A stretch of 64,000 bases of DNA from Tubulanus polymorphus (lineage: Eukaryota > Animalia > Nemertea): positions 13,144,001-13,208,000 of the forward strand of contig NC_134025.1 in assembly GCF_964204645.1 (NCBI RefSeq), written 5' to 3'. A program made the translations under genes and the position numbers. Below the pieces are notes generated by a model. The model did not search any database and was not told where the DNA came from. It worked only from the letters and a program-made list of their open reading frames with translations. Below are positions 10,140-23,800 of this stretch, piece after piece. How positions within the stretch are numbered: the stretch's first letter is position 1; every line of letters begins with the position of its first letter.

Positions 10140-11020
10140 ACGATTACGATTACGATTTATTTACACTCCAACCATTTCCATGGTATATGGAGGAAAACTA
10201 TTACACATGTATATACAAATATTTACAAAACAACACTGAAGTGATTAAAATTTAGAGAATGAAAACGTAACAAAATATATATACATCAACTATTTACAAT
10301 ACTATATATACTATTATATACATCAACTATTTACAATACTATATATACTATTGGAGGGATCTATATACATCTAAGCCGGTCTTAATGAATTTAGCTAAGT
10401 TGACCGTTGGGTTTTTCAGAATATCAAGGGTATTAAAGGTATTCAAATTCAAAAAGTTTTTGCGTTGTTCGTTAAGTAAGGTACAGTCAAACAGAAAATG
10501 GGATTCGTCACCTAAAGTATTACAAGTGGGGCATATTCTATCGGCTCTGTCTAAATGAAGGTTTGAAAATTTGTTCAGAGGTGAAATATAGGACCCGACC
10601 CTAAATTCAAATAAACTAGTTCCTAAGTCATCACCAAGTTCTATTATATACTTCTCTAACCTAATATCATTTTTATATTGCCTAAAGTTAGTGTATATCG
10701 GATTAGTGTTTATGGCAGATACAGTTTCTTGAAGGTGCTGGTCACGGAGTATCTGTTTTATTCGTTTTGAAAAAGATTTACTGGTAGTCATGAATTGCTG
10801 CGTCCAAATGCAGGACAAACCACAGTCATCAAAGGTTTTCTTTATATATGATAACCAAAGGCTCTTAAATTTATCCCTTAAAAATAAATTGAAAGATATT
10901 TTACAGAGTATTGAATTAAGTTTGGTTTGCTTTCCAGATACTGTTTTATCCCAAAAGTTAATCATCCTGCGTCTAACATCTATATTCAAAGGGTAACGTC
11001 CTAGCTCTGATAACACTTGT
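10140..11020 (-). mobile_element. 5'-truncated RTE-X-like LINE (ORF2 C-terminus 10348-11016)
   Basis: ELGRYPL...RICPTCNTLGDESHFLFDC. The minus-strand 3' end is aataaa followed by an (atcgta)n tail at ~10140-10160. Confidence 0.85.
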
Positions 11021-11857
11021 AAGTTGCGAGGCTTATCTCGTCAAGCAACGCGACGCCTACCGACGCAACTAGGTTTCGCCGATTAGCGGCAACTAGCGGC
11101 CTACGAAAAAAACCACAGGGCGGTTATAGAGGTATGTTCTTTAGACAGACCCCATACACGTTGATGCCAACACCGGCTTCCACTTCAAAAGTTTAGAACA
11201 AAATATCAGAAATATTTGTGATCCGATTTACACCAAATAAACCTTTAAAGAAAGGTGTTTAGCATCGGATATAGTGCCGAAAATTCTAGATTGATACGCT
11301 ACATAGTTTTTCAAGTAAGCGCATTTTTAGTGAAAACCAATTATGTTGATTGACAGCGGGCTGAGCTGCGCGCCTCATTTTATCGATGACATCAGGTGTA
11401 AACAATAGCATTACCACGTGCGCACAATGCAAACGGAAAACAGAATTTTTTAAAACAAACTTCTCTAATGAAATATCAATTTCTTTTCATAATTTGCCTT
11501 TTTTATTTAATTTATTATTTATACATCAGACTTTGCTTCTTCGAACCTCAGGACTTTGAAGTCCTCTTGTTCTTATGTTTGTAGTTTAAAAAACCAGACC
11601 GCTTGTAAATATTACTCAAAGGACAATAAAGATATATTGGATTGAATTGAATTACTAAACCCAGTGATCGCCATAATTCTGGACGCTAGATGGGGCCATT
11701 AAATTGACTTCCGCTTGAAAAAATTTCTTACCAAGATGTGCCCTATAGATTTACAAAGCTACAAATTATGCTGTTTCCGTGCCCACTAGTGGCGTATTCT
11801 ACTACTTTATATTGATAGATAAACTGACGAAAAGGTCAGAGATCTGAAGAGGTTAAG

Positions 11858-11881
11858 ATGGTTATTCATGAACCTGTGCAG
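11858..11881 (+). CDS. CDC27: CDC27 exon 1
   Basis: MVIHEPVQ then donor gtcagt (human MTVLQEPVQ). Confidence 0.9.
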
Positions 11882-14800
11882 GTCAGTTTAAGAGTCTTTC
11901 TTGTCTTCTCTTCTTCGTTTTGTGTACTACACTAACTACTACCTACTATCTTACAAAGTTACGATCGATCATTCCAATCTTCTAAAAATCTAAGACCAAG
12001 TCCGTCCATAGGCAAGGATGCTTTAAAACTCCTTGAGTCGTGGCCTACCCGTTAAGGCAGGGGTAACTTCAAGGTCGGGACTAGGCGAACTTACACTATA
12101 AACTTAACAGAAACGCAGTGGATATTTTACCGTATACGGCTGAGTATTTATTTCCGCTATTTTACCGTACATCGTTGCTGATTGGCTGATTTAGGCCGCA
12201 CATGTGCACAGGGGTGTGCGGCTTAGAAAATTCATGGAAAGTGTGGAGAACAGAGTTAGAGAAAATAGAGCGGATAGAGCCTAGTAAATTACTAGCGGAG
12301 CGTCATACCGCTCGACCACCGAGCTCGCTGAAAACCAACCAAATGTTTTAACTATGTATAGTACCTCACCTTACCCTAATCCTATCCCTAGGGGTAAAAC
12401 GGAACCTTCTGGACCCTCTTCTCACCCTCTCGACACTAACCCTATCGAAACCCTAACCCTAAACCAGATATAATGATTTTATTGTTACTTTATAAGTTAA
12501 TACTAAATAGTAATAATGTACGGTAAAATAGCGGTAGTAGATACTTTGCCGTATACGGTTAAATATCCACTTCGTATCAGAAATTACTGATCTTCTCGAA
12601 ATGATGGCAGTTATATTAGGCCTATATCTAAATTAGCCTCTACTGTCTGTCACACGTGCTCTCTGTGCGACGTCTTGGTCTGTAATTTCATTAATAATCA
12701 ATTGATCTGTGAATAATATGTAATAGAAATCTGAGTGACGGACGCCTCGTTACAGCCTGATTTAAATTCAACCGTAATTAAATTGAAATGCATTTTTCCG
12801 GAGGCACCGTCGACTACTGTGAAAGAAAATTACCCGAAAGTTTGTCTGGGATAAAAAAAAGAACAATAATTTAGAAAATTTGCTTTTTTATGAACAAATG
12901 TTTCGTAAATCTCCCAGAAAATCACATAGTTAGAAAATCACATAGTTTTGAAATTGATCCCATATGCAGAAAAAATGACGCACACAGAATCATTGAACGC
13001 CCCGGCCGGGTCGGCCACAGAAAAGATAATTGATACTGAATTAATGAAGAAATTGGAGGGAGACCTCTTTGTGAAACGAAACTGATCCAGTAGATTTATT
13101 CAAGGCGATGAAAGGAAGACAGTGGGTGAACTGTGCAAGCATAGCCCTTGCTGGCCTGGCTAGCCTTTGAATTGCAAAATGTTAACTCACATTTCAAAGA
13201 AGACGAATTCTGTGAGAAAAAAAAAATGTGCATCACAAATGTGCACAAAAAAAATTTATTTCTGGGAGAAAAGTATCCAAAAGATCGGCAGAAGAAAAAT
13301 TTTATTGAAATCAATCGGTCGAAAAAGAATTTTCTTTTTAAGTTTTTTCTTATGCACCGGGGATCATGCTTTTCCTAAAGAACTGAAGATTTTGAATAGT
13401 TTTTTTTCTGAATATCGCACCGAAATAAGCGGGGCACGTGGCCAGCAGTACCAGTTTCCTTATTTGGTGAGAGGGGCGGTGACCAATTTCTTTGCCGACC
13501 GCAATGTTTCGCGCTTCTCTGCAAGAGTCCGGGAGGATTCGAACCGGCACGGTAGAACGTGGCGGCGGTGCGTTCATTTTCCTAAATTGGATCTCGTTGC
13601 TAAGGCGATTTTAAAATCATTTGACCAACGCTGTTCATTGTAGAAATATTCAACGACTCAATCAAGATGGAAAATTCACAAATTCGTTTAATTCTGGAAT
13701 CATCCGCCCCAATCGCGGTAGTAAATTTTACCTAATGCTGCCGTTTTTCCCTTTTAAAAGTGACGTAATACTTCTTCCGGAACATCCCCCACGAAGTCTC
13801 AAACTGGATGCATTCTGACGTCATTTTTTTCTGACTTTGTCAGCTAGTCAGATTCAGTTAAAAGACAATTTCCAGAATCCACATATATGCGTTTATCAAA
13901 GGGACGTCCTTCGGCGCCCGTCCTCTGTCTATTTTGAATCAATTTGTTCAGTAAGGAATTTGCATTCAGAAATAGATTATGAATTGGCATAAATTTGTTT
14001 CTGTTTTCATTAATTGGCGATGATTGTTTACCTAGCATACGCTCGTGTAATGCTGAAAAACGGCTTTTGAGGCCCGTCACGTGGTGTCACCTACTGTATT
14101 TTGATACCTATGTTAATGAATAGGTGGTGACGTCAAAGCAACTTTTCAACGGCAGCTTATGTTGAGTAAACTATCGCTCATAAATGAAAACAAAAATAAC
14201 TTTTTTAAAAATCGTTGATGCATAACAAAGGTAAATCAACCGATTATTAACGAAATTACGGACCAAAAACGTGGCGTGGAAAGCTTGTGTGACGGACAGT
14301 AGGTGGTAGAATGGCATCTTTGGAATAACCCATTGGGAAAAAATCCCTAATTGCATTGCGACGCAAGTGTTATCTAGGGACCATTTCATCATGTCACAGC
14401 AGTAGTTTTCGCGCACTTGACGTAGCTTTCGCGCAACTCGGAATTTTGGGTATTAAAAGTTTGGATTGGGAATTTTAAGATTTTATAGATAACCCTTGTA
14501 TCTTGTATCTAGGTGAGCCAATGAATATCATAGTATAGGCCTACATATAAAGCAGAAGGGACGGTATTTACCGTGGCGCATTGTAAGGAAATTAATGCAT
14601 GTACTTATACATGATTTTACTGTTGCCAGTTTTTCCCGTCGTCAAGTTACTTGTTTAAAGAGGGAGTCACAATATTCATTTAAAGCCCGGGCTAAAATTG
14701 GGTTAAAAAAGATGTGTTCGCCATCTAACAGTAAAGTACCGTACTATGCTGATGAAGTAATACTATAGTAATTTACTGACCGACTTAGGATACACGAAGC

Positions 14801-17800
14801 AGCATCATAACAGTACATGACACAGTTCTCTCACACTGATTTGTGCTTCAATTGTAAATGAGTTGTTTTGGTTAAGACATTCATTCACATAGGCCTAATC
14901 GTTGCATCAAAATTAATATGATTGGATCAGGTAGCGATATACATGTATATGTTCTGACCGTGTTGCCGGCCCATTGCGCTTTTTTTTCAGAATGGTTTCA
15001 TACCACAGACATGTTACTGGCAGCAGGCCCATACACAGTCTCTCAGGAATGGCTCTGGAGCTGTGGATGTGTGCGTTGGTGGTAAATTTTATAAGGAAGC
15101 GTTCAAATGATATTAACTTTGTATGAGGGGAGGGAGTCAAAGAAAAATGTACGTCCTTTTCTGAGGGGGGCTCTCTTAAGAAAATGTACGTAGGCCTATA
15201 TACTTAACAGACGAGAGATATCAAATATTATGTCAGTGATACAAAATACAGAATCCTAATATCAGCGTCGCTATTGAATTTTAGCGACGATCTCAGCATT
15301 TTTCAATTAATGGTACGGTAGGTCAGCAATTTTAGCATAATATCATGCAATTCGTTGTTTGATGGGGGGCTTTCAAAATGAACGTACAGGTGGTGTGGTC
15401 AATAAAATAAGTACAAGGATCGAACAAGGGGGAGGGGTGCCTAAAAATGGCTGGGGTGTAATTTACCGTTTACCACAGACATGTCAGACGGGGTGGGACA
15501 GGTGTTGGTAAGTTGATCAAGCCATTCGAAGCATTTAGATTAATTTCCCGGCCAATTAAAGTGAATGTATTTCGTAAGCAAAAAAAATAGCCTCAGGATT
15601 CTGGATTTATGTGCTGAGGAGGTGTGCTGACGACCATGAACACGCCCGTGCGCTCCACGAGAAAACCGTCCACTGGATGGGTATTCAGCTAGTCTATGAT
15701 ATTACGTTAAGTACTTTTGTTCAACAACAGTTCTTTAGTTTATCTTGTCACACCCTCCGGACAAGACCTGTTCGGCTTCCGTGGCGGTGACAGGGTGCTT
15801 AAACCCATGTCGATATAGCTCAAGTCCATAGCTGAGATGCTAGGTTGTACCTGGGATGGAGGTCTCCCTTAGAAGGTCAGGTTTGACAACCCGCTCATTA
15901 AGGATGCTGAAGTGTGGCCTCAGCGACTGTGGCTGGTAATGAATTCCAAAGTGGTACACTACGAGGGAAAAGCTGTACTTAAAACTGTCCGTTGGTGTAG
16001 ATTAGGGCAGAAACCTTAATATACTGTGGGTAGAATGTTGCATCACTTTCGCTGGTTTGAATTTCACGTAGTCTGCTGAATCAATGTCTACTAGGCCCAT
16101 GATGGATTATCTTGAAGAATATTGTCAGCTGATGTTTGCAACGGCATGACTGTAGGGTTTCCCATTTTAGTTCATGAAGCATGTCAGACACACTGCTGGT
16201 GTTGTGATATCTGTTAATTGTAAATTATGCAGCTCTTTGTTGGACATTCCGACGAGTGATGCGAGTGATGCGTTTCAAGCATTAAGTCAGGAATTGTAAC
16301 AAGTTTGGTGAATGATATCATATACCTACCACATTGTTCCAGCTGACTGAAAGAAAAAAGGTCATTGATAGATATCTTGGCAGTGGATATATGTGCCAAT
16401 GCAGCATTATTCCCGTTTACACTATTTTGCCAATGGCTCATTCTGATTGGCGAATTTAATTGAGATAAATATCTTAGGCCTATAAGAAACCTTGATTTTA
16501 AGTATGACCAAAGACTCACTACTAACAACTTCGAATTCCACGTACAATAATAAACTCCTGCAAGAATTGAGGCTATATGACTTCACGGGTCCGTATTTAT
16601 TTCGGCGTGGATTCCCTAATGCTGCTCGAAAACTAATGAACCTACCCTTTAATTTTAGTCTGTCACACACTTCTCTACTCGAGTATATACTGCATAGAAA
16701 ATTCGAATTACTCCTCCAGTGATAACTTATTGGAATATTGAAGGCACAAATAACAATGTGCTTTTTAGCCCACTTGGAACTTAAGTTCACTGGATCCAGA
16801 GTTCATCCATGTCCATGTCACTAACCAGTTCAGAAGGATGTTAACTATCCTTTGAGGCTTGATGAAAAAAATATGTGGTAGGCCTAAATGAATCGTGATT
16901 ATATTTGCTGTTTTATCTATTTTAGGCAGCAATATGGCATGCACTTAACCACTATGCCTATGCCGACGCTATATTTCTTGCAGAGCGGTTGTACGCAGAA
17001 GGTAAGATAGACTATAGTTCACTTAACCCTTTGGTGATGGCCATTTTGGCTCAAAAATGTCTTGTTGCCTAAGCTATTGTATTCTTTCAGCTAACTACGA
17101 AGCGTTTAATTTAGCAAAATTGCATATCTCAATCAAACCATCTCCAATTTTGATGCCTTATACACTAAATCAAAGTTAATTGCATGTCATATACAAAAGA
17201 CAAATTTTGAAGAATCATTTATGCTTAGGTCTCATAAGTCCCCTTGAGAATACCCCCCAAATTTCTCCAAAGAAAAAATCTGTTGTCAGCCAATTTTTTT
17301 TCAGCTAAACCATACTCTATCCAGCCATAAATCTTTGCAAATGACCCCTCATATTTTGAGCATTTCCTGGAGAAATCTTCGAAGAATAAACTCTGAACTG
17401 AGTCAAATTGTATTGGAGAGTTGACGGAAAAATTTACAAAATTCTTAAAAATATTTCTTAAACGCATTCTGAGCACAGCCATTTTGGAAATGGCTCATCG
17501 GCATTTCCATCTTAAGATAACACCAGAATTCCAGGCACTTTGTCGCCTTATGATCCTGTCTTCACAAAATAACACTGACATTATGAAGTTTTGCGTATGC
17601 ATTATATCACAGTACTGTGATACAGTTTTGGAAAAATGAAGAATTTTTTTGGATAAGCTACGTAGCTTATCCAAAAAAAATTCTACATTTTTCCAAGACA
17701 TCATGATTAATGTTTATTGTGTCAATGTTCTTGTATTTGTTTTCAGTTGGTAGTGATGAAGCATTGTTTCTATTAGCAACATGTTACTATCGGTCAGGGA

Positions 17801-20800
17801 AGTCAATTCGAGCATACTCATTTCTTAAAGGAAAAGGATGCCCTACACCACAATGCAAATATTTAATGGCAAAATGCTGTTTAGATATAAATAAGTAAGT
17901 AAAAGTCCTGGTTTACTTATACTAAGTAGGTAGGTATATGATACAAAAAGGCATTGAAATATCTCATCTTCATTTTCATTAAAATGTGACCAGTCAGGCT
18001 TTTTAGTACACTGACGACTTGAGTTCCAGCTAAACTAGACACCCAACTAGGCCCCAGCTATCATTAAAGAAATGACAGGCATGGGTTGAAATTTCTAACG
18101 AAATGGCTGCAATTACCTGGAGAGGAAGAATCGAAAAAATGTCAATGGATGCCTATAACTCCTGATAAAAAAACTAATCAATTATTAACTGTCAATCGCT
18201 AAAGTGTTCTTCACTTGTGAGTTTGATTAATGAATTTTATATCTTATAGATTATCTGAAGCTGAATCTGTGATAGTAGGAAATGTTTTTGTGAAATCTCA
18301 TACTCAAGATGACATAATCAATGAATTTGGTGAAATGTCGTCTTACACATTGTCACTTTTGGGAGATATTTATAGGTAAGATCATGTGTACTGAAATGAT
18401 TTTGTGTATCATTTGTATGGACAAAGCATGAAATGATTGATGTTGCTGTTTTTTAAAAAATTTTTATTGTATAATTTGATTTACTCACTTGTACAGTCAT
18501 GCTAGAAGAAAATATCAATTACTCTGTACTGCGGTTGTGAAGAAAATCATACAATGCAGGCATGGGTTTTGGTTGAATGTTGGTAAAAACGTCCCGGGAA
18601 ATAATGCCCCCGGAAACAATTGCGTAAGGCTTTCCCCTGCAGGGTTCGTAGCGATCCTGGAAAGTGCTTAATAGTGCTTGAATCACAAAATGCATTTTCA
18701 AGGCCTTGAAAATGCTTGAATTTTTAAAATTTCAGTAAAAATCATTGGAAGTCTTTGAATTTTTAATGTTGGCCAAATTTTGTCAGTTAGTTTGTTGTAT
18801 TGACTTCAATACGCCCGCGCACTGCCAACCACGTGTGAGAGTGCTGTGACTCTGTACTGTCAGCGTGCTATAGACTCGTATACACTGCTGACTTGTGTAT
18901 ATATACAGTACAAATGTATTAGGCACGTCGCTCACTGCTGACAATGCGTATACAAATCTACTAGTAGACACGTGGCCGCACTACCATATCGCGCGCCGCG
19001 TATATACAAATACCGTTGTGATGAAATAAACAAACAAAATACTTCAAAATAATTCTAAATAGATTATTGGTAGTAAATAATGACCTCAAATTAAAATAAA
19101 GACCATTCTTGATTTTGACGATCTTTGGAGCATTAACTATCGAAAAATGATTTTTTTATGTCAGGGTATCCCGAGCTGATCATGATTAAGCGTTAAGCTG
19201 TTATCATTTAGACATTTAAGCCGGTCATCGAAATTTGTTGGATTCAAAATTAGATAGGCCAGTATGAGAAAGTGCCATTTCTCTGACACCTGGTTGGTCA
19301 AAATAATACAAAAGTTGGATTCAACGCAGACCAATTTCAACAGAAGCTAGGTGAAATCTCGCAAACAAAGTGAAACTCATGAGCTCATTTTAAAATCTGT
19401 GACCATAAGAAATCGGCTAAAGACAAGTCACATGAGTTGGCCCATGTAATTTCAGCCATCGAAACTCAAAAGGAGCAAATTAATCGATTGTAAATAGGTC
19501 GATGAGCTGTAATTTAATTTTGTATAATTTTGTTATTATTGCTTTCGATAGTATGGCTTTTTGATGGCGAGGTCTGCCTGTAGTTCCGTTGAAAGGCCCA
19601 CAGATTTCTTGTTTTAAAGTTATTAATTTCTGATACATGTAGTAAATCTTTCTTAAAATAAAGCTGAAAGATTCCAAAGTTATCAAGTGCTCTGCTACGC
19701 GTGGATGTTTCTTTATGATGATTTGCGTTCGTACTTCTTTTAAATTTCTGCAATAAAGGAATTTTCATTACAATAAATTCGCCTTAAATACTAGTGTTTA
19801 TATGGTATTTTTCAGAAAATAGTACTTGAATTTTGTTGAAATAGGTCCTTGAATGTACTTGAATTAAGTTGGGCCTGGAGGCTATGAACCCTGCCCTGGT
19901 TTCGGGAGCTCCCACAAAGCTTTCATATAGGAACTGACGATTTTCTGTGGTTGACCGTATCTTGTCGTGTGCAGTTCTAACGCCTTCAGGTAATTAGCAT
20001 CGGTTAGAGCTAACCCTTCAATCGTGCGGGATACCTCTCCGGTTACCAGTTCTCTGAGGTATCCGAACTTGAAAATATTGTCGAGTTGTTGGTCATAACG
20101 GACGGCCGAATTATAACTGTCCATGAAACTTTGCCAGGTGAGTATATTGCCATCAAACTTAGCGAGATTGAGTTTTGGATGTTCGTTGAGTGGAAGTTTC
20201 ACTTATGTTGCTGAAGTATCGGCACCTGGAGAATTTTCAATTCGTTTCCGTTTTAGGAATTTTTTAGCTCCGATTTTTTGCTAATAATATCCATATTGTA
20301 ATCGTCAGCTTCGATGATTGTCTGTTCCAGATCATAGTCTTCGGTTACTTCGATTATTCCGTTGTCTTGGTTGAAATTATTCCGATTTTGTTTTCTAACT
20401 GGTCGAGGTCGTCTTCTGAAATTGTGGGCTTTACGAGTACTGCTTCAGCCCCAGAAACAGCTTTGTTCAATAGTCCTCAGTAGCTCCTCCTGACTTCCTC
20501 TGCCTTTCGATCGTATTTGCGGGAGTGTCTGTAGTTGTAGCCATCCTGGTCACGGCACCAAAATGTATGGAACCAGGAACATTCAGAGCGAAGAGAGCAA
20601 AAGAGGAACAAGTGCGTTTAGTATTATTCCTATCGAGTGTACTGATTTATTGTGTACTGATCAAGTATACTATAGGATACAATTCCTGACATATTGTAGG
20701 AAAAAATGTCTCAGTCTATCATTACTAATTTAGTAAATGTCACATCAAAATAACACCAGAGAACAAACTTGGCAATTGTGTAAATTGCACACTAACCATT

Positions 20801-23800
20801 AAAAAAAACTGTGAGTGACCATGAGAATTATAGGCCTAAAAATTTTGGCATTAATTAGTTTTGCCTATGAGAACATGTAAACTCATTTCAGGATACGTCA
20901 AATCTAAGAAGATTTTACAATTGAATTATATTCGCAGTTGCTAAATTACATATCATTATAAGAAAAAACTTTGAAAGTAATAAAGTAAATGCTCAGTGAC
21001 TTCAATTAATACATCAAATTTAAGAAGATTTTAAATTTATAATATAAATGATTAAATCAAAGTAGAGCCATTATTTGTTAACAAATGTTAAAATTGTAAT
21101 TAAAGTGTATGACCAAGTATGTTCTCCTGGTGTTATTATGATGTGAAATTAACTACATCACCAAGTTGTAATGAAAGATTGGGACTTTTTTTCCGGGGAC
21201 ATCTATACCGGGACATTTATTCCGGAGAAAATTTTACCGTCTACTGTTATGGTTCATTGCTGAAATTTCGCAAAAATTGGTCTATTATTGTCCATTTGTG
21301 TTCGATCTTAAAACTTGCTAACTACCATGCGCACTGTTAGGTGTTGGGAGTTCTAATAGGTTTTGACAGCGATTTCTCAATGGTGTATGAGTTTCATTAC
21401 TTGACTGGCATAAGTTCTTTCAAATACAAAGATGTCTTGTAGTGGGTTGATCATCGCCAATGTGGACATTGTATATGAGTTGTAAACCCTCTCAGTGCTG
21501 ACAAATTCTTATCCTATAAGTACTTGAGCCCATGGAGGCCCCAGGTAACAGAACTATAGATAGCAAACAAATGTGATGAGTAGTTTAATTGCCCACGATT
21601 TGAGTCGGATCACTTCATAACGTATGAATATCAAGCAGTATGGAATATCTGTACCCATGGATCCAAAGGTAGGAAACAAATATGTAGAGCAGTTGTTTAA
21701 TTGCCCTTGGATTTAATGGGACAATTTGATAATACGTATGAATATTGGGTGGTGCTGAAGATATCCTGTGCCCGTTGAGGCCACTAGTAACAGAAAAAGA
21801 GGTAGTAGAAAACAAATGAGTTTAATTGGAAGAATATAATCCCCCACGTGTGTTACCAGCAAAGTCCATCACGAATTTATACACTGCACAGAACGGGTTA
21901 ACCTAAGTCATATTGAAAATACTGGGTAGTGTATGTCGTTGTATGTGTGTATGAAATTCAATAACCAATTTTATTCTATATTCAGGCGGACTGACAGATT
22001 TTCTAAAGCAGCAGAACATTATAAAAGAAGTCTCAAGTTAAACCCATTCCACTGGTCATCATTTGAATCTCTTTGTCAAATAGGTAAATATTAATCGAAT
22101 TAACTTACACAAATTATTTGGAACTTATTTGCTTTCTAGCACACCTCAGGTGACATCTTGCTGGTGGCCAATTGGGTTGACTTTTCAGCCCACTTGGGAC
22201 TTAAGGTTCAGCAGGCCATGCATTCACTTTTCGTCCCTCCTTGGATGGAATCCAGTTATTTTCAGAGCTGCCAACTGTTCCTGATTTTCAATATTTGTTA
22301 CTATTTCATAACGAGAAATACTGATTTGGTTTGTTTAATGTGTACAGAAATATAATTAAAAGATGTAACTAAAAGGATTACTGATTGATTTGAACATTTT
22401 CTTTCATATTTCAATGAAATGTTACTGAAAAAAAATTCATTTACTTCTGATAGCACTTTTCAGAGGTTGGCCTGTATTTTGGTTTTGGTAATTAAGTTTT
22501 GAAGACACTTCAATGGATTGTCTTGATCTTTAGTTTATACATGTATCTATCCTAGATGGTATACGGTAAAAATGCCTCAGGGAAAATATGTCCCCGGAAA
22601 AAATGTCCCGGTCTATCATTACTAACTTGGTTATGTAGTTAATTTCACATCATAATAACACCAGAGACCAAACTGGGTAATACATTTTAATTACAATTTT
22701 TACAAAGAGAAAATGGCTCAACTTTGATTTATTTATTTGTATTACATAGTTCCCACAGTTACATGAATTAAAAATTCCCAAGTTTTTCCCAAATATTTCA
22801 TTGGTGATTTTTCAATTTTACCAAATGGAAATGAACAGATGCGATCATGCTAAAGTCGACATTTTAGTGGTAAATGGTTGATAAAGGTGTTTTTCAAGGG
22901 AAATCGCTGAGAAAGTTGCCCTTGGCAAATGCAATACGTGAAATGTAATGAAATTCCCAAATATTTCCCTGATTTGAGAAAATTTTTCAAAATCCCAAAT
23001 ATTTCCAAACTGGGAATTAATATTTCAAAATTCCCAAGTTTTTCCCAATTTCCCTGTTCTGTGGGAACCATGGTATTATGAATTTAAAATCTTCTTAAAT
23101 TGGACGTATCATCTTTGAGTTCACATGTTCTCAATAGGAAAAATAAATTAATGTCGAAATTCTAGGCCTATAGTTCTCATGGTCACTCAATGAATTATTT
23201 TTTATGGTTAGTGTGCAATTTACACAATAACCAAATTTGTTCTTTGGTGTTATTTTGATGAGAAATTTACTTAATTAGTAATGATAGACTGGGACATTTT
23301 GTTCTACATTATGGGACATATGTTCCGGGGACATTATTTCCCGAGACATTTTTACCTAAATTCACCCTAGATGCGATCTTCTGCCTGAAAACTGGCCCGA
23401 TCAGAATCAAGATGTCAGGGCCGACGGAGTGGGTGCGACCTTGCAGCCCAGGCCCACCCAATATTTTTAGGGCCCTTTTTTCGTTGTGCCCTTCGTTGTG
23501 CGAAGTTCAGGTTAATATTAACATCTGAACAATTTAAATTAGTTATGAATAGGGCTATTATTTCTATAGAAATCTGGTGCCTCATTAACTGAATACTATC
23601 ATTCATGCACATGTGACTAGCTTACATCAGCAGCTAAAATAAAACAAAACAGAAAACACAAGAAAAAATGTTGATGTCAAAATTCCTCGGAATTAGATTG
23701 AAAATGCCTGATATCGGTGATCATGATCATCAGCCGGTAATGTTTATAAATCTTGTTATTTCCAAGAGTTTGCTGACGATGGTTTTTTGGAAGAAATGTA

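Larger units (their letters stand above)
18582..21238. mobile_element. MULE-like MITE (GGTAAAAAxGTCCCGG arms) hosting nested BEL and hAT-like inserts
   Basis: Arms at 18582-18617 and 21180-21238. The internal part 20700-21238 is an inverted copy of the 22559-23365 element. Confidence 0.65.

Noticed and set aside
12293-12329. tRNA-like 5' half on the minus strand
   Set aside because: Only an A-box/D-arm-like segment; no T-arm or acceptor stem, so not a tRNA gene.
13096-13818. Cluster of ORFs up to 158 aa in CDC27 intron 1
   Set aside because: Low-complexity A/T-run translations inside a repeat insert, with no domain signature.
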